Assembly (NCBI GenBank): GCA_963708025.1
Contig: CAVPSB010000013.1
Span: forward strand, 288,001-352,000
Source of the DNA: an uncultured Candidatus Rokubacteria bacterium
GTDB lineage: Bacteria > Methylomirabilota > Methylomirabilia > Rokubacteriales > DASRDR01
Reading direction: 5' to 3'
Length of the DNA: 64,000 nucleotides
Positions 1-10,463 of this stretch are shown one piece after another; position 1 is the first letter of the stretch; every line of letters begins with the position of its first letter. Position numbers and translations under genes: made by a program. The notes below the pieces were generated by a model, which saw nothing but the letters and a program-made list of their open reading frames with translations, did no database searches and was not told where the DNA came from.

Positions 1-844
1 CGAGGCCCCGGAGGAGCTCGATCGTGCCGGTCCCGAAGGCGTAGAGCGCGGCCAGCTGGACCACGCCCGCGTGGAGCCGGCGGGCGGCGGTGTCGCCGAA
101 GGGCAGGAGCCGCCGGGCCGGCGCCGCCGGGGCGAGCAGGAGCCGGGAGAGGAGGGCGACCAGCCGCACCAGGACCACCGCCGCCAGGTACGTCAGGACC
201 AGGCGTCGCGTCGGGGCGTGTCCCTGATAGACCGCGAAGAAGAAGGCGAGCGCGCCGGCGGCGAACGCGACGAGGGCCAGGAGGTCGAGCGCGAGCCGGA
301 ACACGAGGCGGCCAGTCGCGGCGCCCAGCCCGTCTCCGGCGATGTCGTCGGCCGCGCGGCGAGCCGCTCCGGTGACCCAACGGAGGAGCCGCTCGACCAG
401 GACGCCCGCGCCGAGCATCGCCGCCAACAGGACGGCCACCAGCAGGAGATGGCCGGCGCCGCGACCTTCGAGGAATCGGCCGCGGGCCTCGGCGAGCACC
501 ACGGACAGCGCCGCCGCGCCCGCGACCAGCTCCCCCGCCCGACCCCGGACCCGCTGGGAGCCGCCCTCCATGCCCGCCAGCATCCCCGCCATGTCCGCAT
601 CGGCCGGCGGCCGGGCCGGGGCGGCGGCCCGGTCGAGCTGGGCGATCAGGAGCTGGCGGACCTCGGCGTCGCTGAGGCGCGCGACCAGCTCGCGGACCGC
701 CTCGCGGGTCAGCGGCTCGGGCAGCTTCGGGGTGGCGGGCGCCTTCGTCGCCTCCTGGGCGTGGGCGAGCCCGGTGAGCGCGAGCAGCCCCGCGAGCGCG
801 AGGCCGAGCTGCCAGCGGACGGTACGCCGATCACGACGGCCCAT
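1..844 (-). CDS. Membrane protein, probable N-terminal part of a large MscS-family mechanosensitive channel (runs off window)
   Basis: Manual translation from ATG 844 with GGAGG RBS: MGRRDRRTVRWQLGLALAGLLALTGLAHAQEATK...LSDAEVRQLLIAQLD..., signal peptide then several hydrophobic helices; not in the ORF track because it has no stop in the window; the MscS domain itself is not visible. Confidence 0.5.
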   Translation of the reverse strand, partial: MGRRDRRTVRWQLGLALAGLLALTGLAHAQEATKAPATPKLPEPLTREAVRELVARLSDAEVRQLLIAQLDRAAAPARPPADADMAGMLAGMEGGSQRVRGRAGELVAGAAALSVVLAEARGRFLEGRGAGHLLLVAVLLAAMLGAGVLVERLLRWVTGAARRAADDIAGDGLGAATGRLVFRLALDLLALVAFAAGALAFFFAVYQGHAPTRRLVLTYLAAVVLVRLVALLSRLLLAPAAPARRLLPFGDTAARRLHAGVVQLAALYAFGTGTIELLRGL

Positions 845-870
845 GGCACACCTCCCAGCCTGGACAATAG

Positions 871-899
871 CACCCTCTCCCCCGCCGGGGGAGAGGGTG
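871..899. repeat. REP-like palindrome CACCCTCTCCCCCG-C-CGGGGGAGAGGGTG
   Basis: Perfect 14-bp inverted repeat in an intergenic region. Confidence 0.7.
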
Positions 900-1064
900 G
901 AGTGACGGGGCGAGGGAGCGGACCGAGGGCGGACGATCAGGGCGAGCCCGCGGACACCCCGCGCTCGGTCCCGAGGCGCCCGCCGACCCCGCCGTGCTCC
1001 AGGAAGCTATGGGACCAACGTCCCATAGCCGGGCTGGCCGCCAATCCCTAGACTCGGGCTGGCC

Positions 1065-1481
1065 ATGATCCCGGTCGTGGGAGGCGAGAGGGTGCCGGCG
1101 GCTCCGGAGCGGCAATCCCCCCTGGTCTGCGTCATCGACGACGACGCCTCACTCCTGCGCGCGCTGCGGCGCCTGCTTCGAGCCGGCGGATTCGACGTCG
1201 AGGTCTTCTCGTCGGCGGAGGCCTTCCTGGAGTCGGGGCACCGGGAGCGGGTGGACTGCCTCGTCCTGGACGTGCGGCTCGAGGGGATGAGCGGACTCGA
1301 GCTGCAGGAGCGGCTCGTCGCCGCGGGGTCGGAGATCCCCGTCGTCTTCATGACCGCCGCCCACGACGATCTCTCGACGCGCGAGCGGGCTCACCGGGCT
1401 GGCGCCATCGACTATCTCCGGAAGCCGTTCGACGACGAGTCGCTGATCGGGGCGATCAACCGAGCCATCCGCCGCCGCTGA
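1065..1481 (+). CDS. Single-domain response regulator receiver (FixJ-like REC, no output domain)
   Basis: VIDDD, LVLDVRLEGMSG, VFMTA, DYLRKPF motifs. Confidence 0.9.
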   Translation: MIPVVGGERVPAAPERQSPLVCVIDDDASLLRALRRLLRAGGFDVEVFSSAEAFLESGHRERVDCLVLDVRLEGMSGLELQERLVAAGSEIPVVFMTAAHDDLSTRERAHRAGAIDYLRKPFDDESLIGAINRAIRRR

Positions 1482-1501
1482 CACGCCCCTCGCGAGGGGG
1501 A

Positions 1502-1762
1502 TCGGAGTTCTGTCGGACGGTCGCCTCGTCGTGGATCGCGTGGGGACTCGCCGCCGCGCTCGGAGGAAAGGCGATTCCGGCCGCGCGGGCGTCACCGGCC
1601 CAGCAGCGCTTCGTCTACCCCCAGCGGGGCCAGGCGTCCGAACAGCAGTCGCGCGACCGTTACGACTGGCACCAGTGGGCCGAGGACACGGGGGCGATGT
1701 CGGCCTCGGTCGTCGAGGCCGACGGCGCCTTCGTCATCTCCGGCAGCTGCACCACGCCCTGA
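1502..1762 (+). pseudogene. Decayed exported protein with a YPxxGQxxEQQxxDxYxCHxWA-type motif (glycine-zipper lipoprotein-like)
   Basis: Frame reads WIAWGLAAALGG...QQRFVYPQRGQASEQQSRDRYDWHQWAEDTG...; no start codon, expected Cys reads Trp, C-terminus short. Confidence 0.45.
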
Positions 1763-1999
1763 GGACTTTCGGGGGTCTCGGAAGACCCCCCTGACGCCCG
1801 CCTCGGAGTTCGCGGCGGAGCCGCGGCTCGAAGTGGAACGCCACGGCCGCGAGGCCGGAGCCGGGCGTTGCGAGAAGCCGGCGCGCTGCAGGGATCGGAG
1901 GCGGCCGGAACTCGGCACGGGGTCTGGGATAGACTGGAGAGTGACCTGCGGCGGGGACGCCGCCGTTCCACGCGACCGACAGGACAGGAGGTAGCATCG

Positions 2000-3391
2000 A
2001 TGATCAGCCTCGCTCCGACTGGAGATCGGGCAGACTCGCCGGAACTCCGGCCGGTCCCGCCCTCGGACCTCGCGCGCGCTCCTCGCCGGCGCGCTGCTGA
2101 CGGTGGCTGGCGGCGCGACGCTCGTCGCGGCCCAGGCGGCTCGAGACGCCGGCCGTCCTACGGGCTCAGGACCTGGCGCCCCCGGAGCTGCTCCGCGGGC
2201 CGCGCTTCCAGGTCGAGGAGCGGTGCCGACCGACGGGTTCCTGACGAAGTTCACGATCAAGTCCAGACTTCGGCCCCTTCGAGGCCCAGGGCCCGGGCAT
2301 GCTGCAGGTCCGGGTCGGGGAGATCAAGGCCCTCGACGCGATCTCGACGATGGAGACGTCCGACGTCTTCAAGAAGGCCCTGGCCGATTCGGCGAAGCGC
2401 ACCGGCAAGTCGCTCGAGCAGGCGATCGAGAACCCGGTCGAGACGGTCAAGGGGCTGCCGGAGGGGGTCGGCCGCTTCTTCGAGCGCGTGGGCCGCAGCG
2501 TCAAGACCGGGGCCCAGAAAGCCGAGGACTACATCGCCGAGAAGCAGTCGCAGCCCGGCGGAGCGGGGGCCGGGGACGTCGCGACGGCCGCCGGCCAGGC
2601 GGCAGGCAACGTCGGGGAGAGCGTCATCGGGTACGACGACGCGCGGCGCCGGATGGCGAAGGCGCTGAGCGTCGATCCCTACACGACCAACCCCGCCCTG
2701 GCGAAGAAGCTCGACGAGGTCGGCGTGGGCGGCCTGGGGCGGCGAGTTCGGGCTGGACGGGATGGTGAGGCTGGTGCCGGGCGGCGCCGCGCTCACCTTC
2801 ACGCGGAGCTGGGTCAGCGACCTGGTGTGGGACGTGAGCCCGGGAGATCTCCGGGTGCGGATGGAGCAGAAGCTCAAGGCCCTGGGCGCGGACCAGGACA
2901 GCGTCGACCGGTTCCTCCGCCAGAAGTGGTTCACGCTCACCATCCAGACCGCGCTGGTCGAGGCGCTGGCCTCGCTGGGTCCCGGCCCGGGCCGGCTGGA
3001 CGTCGTCGGCTGGGCGCTCACCGCCGAGTCCGAGCTCCAGGCGCGGTTCATGGCGGGCGCGGTCGGGATCCTGGCCGACTATCACCGGACCGCGGCGCCG
3101 ATCCAGCGAGTGCGGGTGGCCGGCACGCTCGTCGGCGAGACCCAGTCGGGGGCGCTCGTCATCGCCGCCCCCGTGGACTACGTCTCCTGGACGGAGCGGG
3201 TCGCCGCCTACGTCGAGCGGCCGGACCTCGCCGCGAAGGAGCATCAGCTCTGGCTGTTCGGGCGGGTCTCGCCCCGCACCCGGCAGGAGCTGACCGCGCG
3301 CGACTGGGTCATTCGCGAGGGCGTGTCGGCCGGCATCGTCCGTCCGGGGGGCCCGGCGGGCCTGGAAAGCAAGCCCGCGCCTTCGCAGTGA
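2000..3391 (+). CDS. Conserved hypothetical exported protein, frameshifted (several indels 2060-2760)
   Basis: AGGAGG RBS; coherent protein across frames: VPTDGFLTKFTIKS..MLQVRVGEIKAL..LSVDPYTTNPALAKKL..APVDYVSWTERVA. Confidence 0.7.
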
Positions 3392-3436
3392 GGAGGTCGA
3401 TCCGACGATAGCCTCTCGGCGGGCGGGTCGGCCCTG

Positions 3437-5356
3437 ATGCGGCTCCGGCCCCGCCAGACGAGCCAGCGGCCGGCACCACCGTCCGGGGCCGGCGCCCGGA
3501 CCCTGCGGCGCGGCGCCCTCCTGCTCGGACTCGCCCTGCTCGGGACGGCGTGCGCCACCCCGGTCGGCGTGACGCCCGCGGACGTGCAGACCGCGTACCG
3601 CCTCCACACGGCGAACGTGGTGTCCGCCGGGCAGCCCTCGGAAGTCTCCCGGCGGATCCTGCGGCGGTTCGGGCTGCAGGATCTCTTCGAGAAGCACCCG
3701 ACGGACGGCCTGGCCACGCTCCACCAGGCGTTCGTCCTCCAGGGCGGCGAGGAGCGGCTCCTCGCCCTGGCCGAGCTGTCGTTCTTCCACGCCCAGGAGA
3801 GCGGTGACCGGTCGTACTACCTGGCCGCGGCCGTGTATGCGTACGCGCTGCTCTTCCCCGGCGCCGAACGCGGGGTCGCGTTCGACCCGATCGAGCGCCG
3901 CTATCGACTGGCCTACGAGCTGTACAACCTCGGCCTCGCCCTGGGGCTGCGCCGGGCGGACGGGGAGGAAGTGGACCCGGCGCCGGGCCGGCGAACCCTC
4001 CCCTTCGGCACGCTGGACATCGCGGTCGACGACGGCGACTTCACCTGGCTCGGGTACCGCCTCGACCACTTCGTCCCCGCCTCCTCGCTGACGATCCGGG
4101 GGCTGCGCAACCGCTACGCGAGGGCAGGCGTGGGCGCCGCCCTGGTCGCCGGGCTGGCGCGTCAGGAAGCGATCGCCTCGGTGCCGGGAGCCCGGCGCAT
4201 CGGGCCGGGCACGCGGGTCCCGGTGACCGCCTTCCTCCGCCTCGAGGATCCGCGCGGCAGCCTCGCGGGCGGCGCGGTCCGGGGGCGGCTCGAGCTGTAT
4301 CCCCAGGACCGGGCGACGAGCGTGAGCGTGGACGGGCGCGAGCAGCCCCTCGAGACGGACCCGACCGCCGCGCTCGCCCTCTGGCTCGAGCACTCGCCCG
4401 TCTGGGACGCCGAGATGCGGGGCCTCCTGCAGCTCGGGGCCCTGGAGTGGATCCCGCGGGACCGGGCCGACGACGGGCTGTTCCTGCTCGAGCCGTTTCG
4501 CGCCGACCGGATCCCGGTGGTTCTCGTCCACGGCACTTACTCGAGCCCGGCGCGATGGGCGGAGCTGGTCAACGAGCTGCGCGGGGATCTCCGGATCCGC
4601 GAGCACTACCAGCTCTGGCTGTTCGCCTACGACACCGGCGCCCCGATCGGCTACTCGGCCGGCCGGCTGCGCCGCGCCCTGGAGCGGACCCTGCGCGAGG
4701 TGGACCCCACGGGAGCGGCCCCGGCGCTCCGCCGGATGGTCATCATCGGTCACAGCCAGGGCGGCCTGCTGGCAAAGCTCACCGTCGTGGACAGCGGCGA
4801 CCGCTTCTGGCGAAAGGTGAGCAACGTGCCGCTCGACTCGGTCGATCTGGACGCCAGGGTCCGGGAGATCGTGCGGGAGTCGGTCTTCTTCACGCCCGAG
4901 CCGTTCGTGGAGCGCGTGATCTTCGTCGCCACGCCCCACCGCGGCAGCTACCTGGCGGGGCGGCGCCTGGGCCAGTTCGCGTCCTGGCTGCTCGGCCTGC
5001 CGGTGCGCCTCACGCGCCGAACCTTCGGCGCCCTCACCCAGAGCGAGGAGGCGCAGCTCAGGCGCCTGATCGACCGGCTGCCGACCAGCATCGACAACAT
5101 GAGCCCGACCAACCGCTTCATCGCCACGCTGGGACCGATCCCCATCGCCCCCAGCGTGCGCGTGAACTCCATCATCGCGGTCGAGGGCGACGGCCCCTAC
5201 GAAGACGGCGGCGACGGCGTGGTCCGCTATCGGAGCGCCCACCTCGAGGCAGCGGACTCGGAGCTGATCGTTCAGTCGGGCCACTCGGTCCAGAGCAACC
5301 CCGAGGCGATCGAGGAGATCCGGCGCATCCTCCTCGAGCACGCCGGCCTGCGCTGA
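3437..5356 (+). CDS. Alpha/beta-hydrolase (esterase/lipase) lipoprotein
   Basis: Lipobox-like GTAC; PVVLVHGTYSS oxyanion region; GHSQGG nucleophile elbow; DGVV and SGHS near the C-terminus. Confidence 0.85.
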   Translation: MRLRPRQTSQRPAPPSGAGARTLRRGALLLGLALLGTACATPVGVTPADVQTAYRLHTANVVSAGQPSEVSRRILRRFGLQDLFEKHPTDGLATLHQAFVLQGGEERLLALAELSFFHAQESGDRSYYLAAAVYAYALLFPGAERGVAFDPIERRYRLAYELYNLGLALGLRRADGEEVDPAPGRRTLPFGTLDIAVDDGDFTWLGYRLDHFVPASSLTIRGLRNRYARAGVGAALVAGLARQEAIASVPGARRIGPGTRVPVTAFLRLEDPRGSLAGGAVRGRLELYPQDRATSVSVDGREQPLETDPTAALALWLEHSPVWDAEMRGLLQLGALEWIPRDRADDGLFLLEPFRADRIPVVLVHGTYSSPARWAELVNELRGDLRIREHYQLWLFAYDTGAPIGYSAGRLRRALERTLREVDPTGAAPALRRMVIIGHSQGGLLAKLTVVDSGDRFWRKVSNVPLDSVDLDARVREIVRESVFFTPEPFVERVIFVATPHRGSYLAGRRLGQFASWLLGLPVRLTRRTFGALTQSEEAQLRRLIDRLPTSIDNMSPTNRFIATLGPIPIAPSVRVNSIIAVEGDGPYEDGGDGVVRYRSAHLEAADSELIVQSGHSVQSNPEAIEEIRRILLEHAGLR

Positions 5357-5378
5357 GAGCGTGTGAAGGAATGGAGCG

Positions 5379-5439
5379 CTCCGGCTCCCCCCTCACCCCG
5401 GTGGGTGGGGGAGGGGGGTTGGGGGGGTGGGCGGGAGGC
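5379..5439 (+). repeat. G-rich intergenic repeat, copy 1
   Basis: Near-identical to the reverse complement of 11040-11102. Confidence 0.8.
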
Positions 5440-5471
5440 CCCGATCTGAGCGAGCGAGGAGCGGCGCCGTC

Positions 5472-6446
5472 GTGAAGACCGCCGGCCGCCTGCTGCTGGT
5501 CGCCGGGCTCCTCGCCGCCATGGGCTGGGCCACGCTCGCGCTCCACTACGGTGGCCCGCCGTCCCGGGTCCGCGATGCCCTGGCGCTCGCCTACGTCCTG
5601 GCCAGCGCCGTCCTCCTCTGGCTCGGGTGGCGCCGGTGGTGGGCACGCCTGGGCTTCCTCGCCCTCTTCGCGCTGGTGCTCGCGTGGTGGCTGTCCCTGG
5701 CGCCCCGGAACGACCGGGACTGGCAGCCGGACGTGGCGGTGCTCCCCGGGGTCGAGATGGCCGGCGACACCCTCACCGTCCACGACGTCCGCGACAACGT
5801 GTACCGCACCGAGCACGACTACACGGTGCGGTACGAGGACCGCGCGTACACCCTGGCCGGGCTCCGGACGCTCGACCTCTTCCTCGTCTACTGGGGTTCG
5901 CCGTGGATCGCCCACACCATCCTGAGCTTCGGCTTCGACGACGGCCGGTACCTGGCCGTCTCCATCGAGACCCGCAAGGAGAAGGGCGAGGAGTACTCGG
6001 CGGTGGCCGGCTTCTTCCGCCGCTACGAGCTGATCTACGTCGTGGCGGACGAGCGGGACGTCGTCCGCCTCCGCACCAACTACCGCGGCGAGGACGTGTA
6101 CCTCTACCGGCTACGCGGGCCGCCCGACGCCGCACGAGCCCTGCTGCTCGACTACGTCCGACGGATCAACGGGCTGCGCGAGCGCCCCGAGTGGTACAAC
6201 GCCCTGACCCACAACTGCACGACGGCCATCCCCCGGCACTCCGGGACGCGATCCTGGCGGAACTGGAGGCTGCTGGCGAACGGCTACCTGGACGAGCTGG
6301 CCTACGAGATCGGGGCCGTCAACACCCGGCTGCCGTTCGCGGAGCTGCGGGCGCGGAGCCGCGTGAACGATCGGGCCCGGGAGGCCGGCGACGCCCCCGA
6401 CTTCTCCCGCCGCATCCGGGAGGGATTGCCGGGCGCGACGCCCTGA
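5472..6446 (+). CDS. DUF4105 (Lnb N-terminal-like) membrane protein
   Basis: Three TM helices then PRNDRDWQPDV, IAHTILSFGF, SIETRKEKGEEYS, YNALTHNCTT. Confidence 0.85.
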   Translation: MKTAGRLLLVAGLLAAMGWATLALHYGGPPSRVRDALALAYVLASAVLLWLGWRRWWARLGFLALFALVLAWWLSLAPRNDRDWQPDVAVLPGVEMAGDTLTVHDVRDNVYRTEHDYTVRYEDRAYTLAGLRTLDLFLVYWGSPWIAHTILSFGFDDGRYLAVSIETRKEKGEEYSAVAGFFRRYELIYVVADERDVVRLRTNYRGEDVYLYRLRGPPDAARALLLDYVRRINGLRERPEWYNALTHNCTTAIPRHSGTRSWRNWRLLANGYLDELAYEIGAVNTRLPFAELRARSRVNDRAREAGDAPDFSRRIREGLPGATP

Positions 6447-6529
6447 TCAGGCCGCGGGACCCGCCGATCGGGCGCGGGCCACGCGATGGGCCAGGCCCCG
6501 GGCCGCGTGACGTAGGAGGCGAGGACACC

Positions 6530-7297
6530 ATGGACCTGTCGCTGACCCCCGAGCAGGATGAGCTGGTCCGAACGCTCCGCGCTCTTGCTCGCAAGGAGCT
6601 CGCCCCCCGCTCTCGCGAGTGGGACAGGAGCGGCCAATTCCCCTGGCAGACCTGGCGCCAGATGGGCGAACTCGGGCTTCTCGGGCTCCGCATGCCGCCC
6701 GCCTACGGCGGCCAGGAATCGGACTACATCACCTTCGGCCTGGCGATGGAGGAGATCGCGCGCGGGGACTTCGGCTGCACCTACGGCCTCCAGCTCGCCG
6801 GGCTCGCGGGAGAGATCGTGGGCGCGAACGGGACGGAGGAAATCAAGAAGCGCTGGCTGCCGCCGACGGCGCGCGGCGAGGAGGTCATCGCGCTCGCGCT
6901 GACCGAGCCTGGCGTGGGCTCCGACGCCGCCCACCTGGCCTGCCGCGCGGAGCGCACCGGTGACGGCTACGCCATCACTGGCGAGAAGTCGGGCATCAGC
7001 CTCGCCATGGTCGCCCAGTCGACCGTGCTCTTCGCCCGCACGGGAGCGGGCGGTGGAGCGAAGGGCGTGACGGCCTTCCTCGTGCCGCTCGACCTGCCTG
7101 GTGTCTCGCGCAGCCCGCTCCGCGACATGGGCTCGCACTCGGTCGGACGGGGCGTGCTCGCCTTCGACCACGTGCGCATCTCCGCCTCCCACCGGCTCGG
7201 TGATGAGGGGCAGGGGTTCTACCAGGTGATGCGCGGCTTCGACTACAACCGCGTCGGCATCGCGCTGGCCTGTCTCGGCGTCGCCCAGGTCTCGCTG
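6530..7297 (+). pseudogene. Acyl-CoA dehydrogenase (cyclohexanecarboxyl-CoA dehydrogenase-like), 3'-truncated
   Basis: MDLSLTPEQDEL..ALALTEPGVGSDAA..ITGEKSGIS..GFDYNRVGIALACLG; similarity stops after about 256 aa at the vapC stop; the C-terminal domain is missing. Confidence 0.8.
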
Positions 7298-7298
7298 G

Positions 7299-7733
7299 TC
7301 AGCCAACCAGAGGGTTCCGGACGACGAGCCCCGGAAACCGGCCGAAGTCGCGGTCCGCCGTCGAGAGCTCGCGGACCCCGTGCAGGCGGCACAGCGCGCC
7401 CACTCGCGCGTCGTGGACCTGAGGGCCGGCAAGGCGGCCCACCTCCAGCGCCCGCCGCAGTTCCGGCCAGTACCCGTCCGCTTCCGCCAGCAGCACGACG
7501 GTCGGCGCTTCCAGCCACGCCTCGACCTGATCGGAGGCGGCCGGCAGCGGCGTTGGCGGCGAGTAGATCCGGGGGTGGGTCACGATCGCCAGGAACTCGT
7601 GCAGGCACGGCCAGGGCAGGGCCCACGGCGTCCGGCTCTCGGCCAACTCGGTGATCCTTGCGTAGGCGACGTCGTGCCAGGGGGAGTCCTCGCGGTGGGC
7701 GTAGACGAGCAGGTTCGTGTCGAGCGCGATCAC
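7299..7733 (-). CDS. vapC: VapC PIN-domain toxin
   Basis: IALDTNLLVYAH, CLHEFLAIVTHPRI, VHDARVGA, TADRDF PIN motifs. Confidence 0.92.
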   Translation of the reverse strand: MIALDTNLLVYAHREDSPWHDVAYARITELAESRTPWALPWPCLHEFLAIVTHPRIYSPPTPLPAASDQVEAWLEAPTVVLLAEADGYWPELRRALEVGRLAGPQVHDARVGALCRLHGVRELSTADRDFGRFPGLVVRNPLVG

Positions 7734-7973
7734 CCCCCGCGTCCTTCGTAGGCGAGATCCCGGATGCGCTCCCAGGAGGCACCCGCCACCGGGGCTGGAG
7801 GCCGTCGCCCTTGAAGGTCGCCTTTCGCAGGCGGAAGGCGCCCCGACGCTTGCGCTCGGCCAGGACCCGTCGCAAGCCTTCCTCGATCAGGGCCCGGACC
7901 GTGGGCCTTGCCGGGCGGCCACCTTCCTCGCCTCCTCCAGGAGCGAGTCGGAAATCTCGACGGTCGTCTTCAT
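7730..7973 (-). CDS. vapB: VapB antitoxin (two apparent frameshifts)
   Basis: MKTTVEISDSLLEEARKVAARQG/TVRALIEEGLRRVL..GDGLQP/SWERIRDLAYEGRGG*; GTGA overlap with the vapC start. Confidence 0.8.
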
Positions 7974-7980
7974 ATGGGTA

Positions 7981-8009
7981 GATGTATACTGTGGACCATC
8001 CGCTGTCAA
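7981..8009 (-). promoter_or_regulatory. Putative sigma70 promoter of vapBC, possibly leaderless
   Basis: Perfect TTGACA at 8009-8004 and AT-rich TATACAT just upstream of the ATG; spacing imperfect. Confidence 0.4.
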
Positions 8010-8037
8010 GTCGCGCCCGGCCCCCCAGCCGGGACCG

Positions 8038-10419
8038 TTACGGCGCGGCCCGCCCGCCGGCCCGGCGCCGGAGCGCGTCCCGGAGCTCCCGCACCGCCCG
8101 GTCGTCCGGCACGAGGGCGGCCAGCGTCTCCGCGTGGCGGAGGGCCCGCTGGACATCGCCGCGCTCCCGGGCCAGGCTCACGAGCGCGCCCAGCACCTCC
8201 CGGTCGGCCGGCCGCCGCCGGTGCGCCTCCTCCAGCACCGCGAGGGCGCCCGCCGGGTCCCCGGTGGAGTGGAGCGCGATCGCGTACACGTAGGCGAACC
8301 GGACCGAGTCGGGACGGGCCGCGGCGGCCCGGCGAAGGAGCGCCACCCCCTCGTCCCGGCGGCCCTGGCGGACCCGGAGGAGGCCGAGCGCGTGGAGCGC
8401 CTCGGCGTTCTCGGGCTCGACCCGCAGGGCCTGCTCGAGGAACCGCTCGCCGTCGACGTCGCGCCCGGTGGCCCGGAACAGGTCGGCCAGGTTCACCATG
8501 GCGGGAACGAAGCGCGGGTCCAGGAAAAGCGCCGTCCGCAGCTCCGATTCGGCATCGGTCGCTCGGCCCAGCCGCCCGTACAGGTTCGCCAGGTTCACGT
8601 GCGACTCCGCCCGCTCCGCGCTGGCCAGCTCCGAGGCGACCAGCTCCGTCAGCGCCCGCTCGAAGTCGGGCTGACGATCGGGCCCGAGCGAGCCCCGGAC
8701 GCCGGCCAGGGCCCGGGCGGCGGCGATCCGCACCGCCCGCACCGGGTCCCGCAGGGCGGGAGCGGCCAGGGCCGCCAGACGCTCGGGCGGGAGCCCGGTC
8801 ACCACGTCGAGGGCCGCGGTCCGGACGAGCGCGTCGGGGTCCCGGAGCGCGGCCTCCAGCGCCGGGACCGACGCGGGGGTGAGGACCCCCGGCAGGAGGG
8901 TGAGCGCCGTGGCGCGGGCGATCGCCGGCTGCTCCGCGTCGGTCGCCAGCGCCGCCAGCCGGCGCTCCGCGTCGAGGAGGCCGCGGCGGCCGGCGTCGAG
9001 GGCGACGGCGAAGTGGGGCCGCGGGGTCCGTCCGGGTCCGACCCAGGCCTTGACGGCGTCGGCCGCCCAGGCCGCCGGACGGCCGGCGTGGCACCCGGTG
9101 CAGGGGCTCGGCGTCCCGATGGCGACCGAGAGATCGGGGCGTGGGACGCGGAAGCCGTGGTCACGCCGGACGTCGACGCCCATGTACGTGCGGGCCGCCA
9201 TGTGGCAGGCCACGCAGCGCGCGCCCTCGGAGCCGGCCGCGTGATGGTGGTGCGCCGCCGTGTCGAAGCGCGCCGGGAGGTGGCACCGGGCGCAGACGTC
9301 GTTGCCGGGGGCCCGGAGGCCGAGCCCGTGCGAGTCGTGGCAGTCCGAGCACCGCACGCCCGCCCGGTGCATGCGGCTCTGCAGGAACGATCCATACTCG
9401 TAGACCTCGCCGAGGATCTGGCCGTCCGCGTGGTAGAGGCCCTCGGCGAGCAGCGCGGGCTGGTGGGTGTCGAGGAAGGGCCGGCCGTAGGGATAGGGAT
9501 CGACGATGGGCCGCCGCCGGGCGTGACAGCGGGCGCAGGCGTCCAGCTCGGCGGTGTCGGGGGGCCGCCCCGTCCACTGGGCGATCCCGCGCTGGGTGTC
9601 CTTCATCTCCCAAGCGCCCTCGCCCCGGTCCAGCCGCACGACGAGCCCGGTCGCCGCGCCGGTGGCGCGTGGTCCGCCGGGCGCGCGCGCGCGGGCCCAG
9701 GCCACGTGGCCCGAGCCGGGGCCGTGGCAGGCCTCGCAGCTCACCGAAAGCTCGGCCCACGCGGTCGCGTAGCGCCGGGCGGCGAGGTCGTAGTTCTTGC
9801 GGAGGTCGGTGGAGTGGCACTCCGCGCACTGATAGTTCCACGTCTGGTCGCGCCCCGTCCAGTGGAGCGTGTCGTCGGGGCGGATCCGCTCGCCGGGATA
9901 GAGCGCGTACCAGCGCTGGCCGCCCTGGGCCCGGGGGCGGGTGTCCCAGGCGATGGAGAGCGGCTGGAGCCGGCCTTCGGGAAAGGGCACGAGGTACTGC
10001 TGGAGCGGCGCCACCCCGAACGTGTAGACGATGTCGAACTCGGCCGGCTTGCCGTCGGGTCCCTCCGTGCGCACGACGAACTTGCCGTCTTGCCGGAGGA
10101 ACGTCGAGGTCACCCCCCGGTGCGTGAAGCGGGCCCCGCCGAAGTCGCCGAGGACGGTCGCCGGGTCGGCGACCTGCATGGCGCGGTCATGGTCGGAGCC
10201 GCGGAAGGCCCGGGTCTCGCGCTCGTGGCAGGTGGCGCACGCCGCGGCCCCGACGAACGTGGGCGGCGCCGCCGGCGCCGGCGTCCCGGACCGGCTCGCC
10301 GGCCCCTCGCTGGATGGCTGGCAGCCCGATGCCCCGGCGGCGAGCGCCAGGCCGAGGACCAGGAGCACCGCGGCCCGGCTCGCGCCGCCGTGCTCGCGGC
10401 GCACGGCAGCGCCCGCCAT
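8038..10419 (-). CDS. Octaheme c-type cytochrome with HEAT/TPR C-terminus
   Basis: Eight CxxCH motifs (CATCH, CAECH, CEACH, CARCH, CSDCH, CARCH, CVACH, CTGCH); signal/lipobox ASGC; TPR-like helices. Confidence 0.9.
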   Translation of the reverse strand: MAGAAVRREHGGASRAAVLLVLGLALAAGASGCQPSSEGPASRSGTPAPAAPPTFVGAAACATCHERETRAFRGSDHDRAMQVADPATVLGDFGGARFTHRGVTSTFLRQDGKFVVRTEGPDGKPAEFDIVYTFGVAPLQQYLVPFPEGRLQPLSIAWDTRPRAQGGQRWYALYPGERIRPDDTLHWTGRDQTWNYQCAECHSTDLRKNYDLAARRYATAWAELSVSCEACHGPGSGHVAWARARAPGGPRATGAATGLVVRLDRGEGAWEMKDTQRGIAQWTGRPPDTAELDACARCHARRRPIVDPYPYGRPFLDTHQPALLAEGLYHADGQILGEVYEYGSFLQSRMHRAGVRCSDCHDSHGLGLRAPGNDVCARCHLPARFDTAAHHHHAAGSEGARCVACHMAARTYMGVDVRRDHGFRVPRPDLSVAIGTPSPCTGCHAGRPAAWAADAVKAWVGPGRTPRPHFAVALDAGRRGLLDAERRLAALATDAEQPAIARATALTLLPGVLTPASVPALEAALRDPDALVRTAALDVVTGLPPERLAALAAPALRDPVRAVRIAAARALAGVRGSLGPDRQPDFERALTELVASELASAERAESHVNLANLYGRLGRATDAESELRTALFLDPRFVPAMVNLADLFRATGRDVDGERFLEQALRVEPENAEALHALGLLRVRQGRRDEGVALLRRAAAARPDSVRFAYVYAIALHSTGDPAGALAVLEEAHRRRPADREVLGALVSLARERGDVQRALRHAETLAALVPDDRAVRELRDALRRRAGGRAAP

Positions 10420-10463
10420 GGACCCGGCCCGCTCCTCCGTCACCCGCGCTCGCGCCGGCGCCG

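Noticed and set aside
1766-1890. Hairpin-rich intergenic stretch (GGGGGTCTCGGAAGACCCCC etc.) as an ncRNA or riboswitch
   Set aside because: No recognisable family motif and single copy in the window; most likely a REP-like element. A covariance-model search would be needed.
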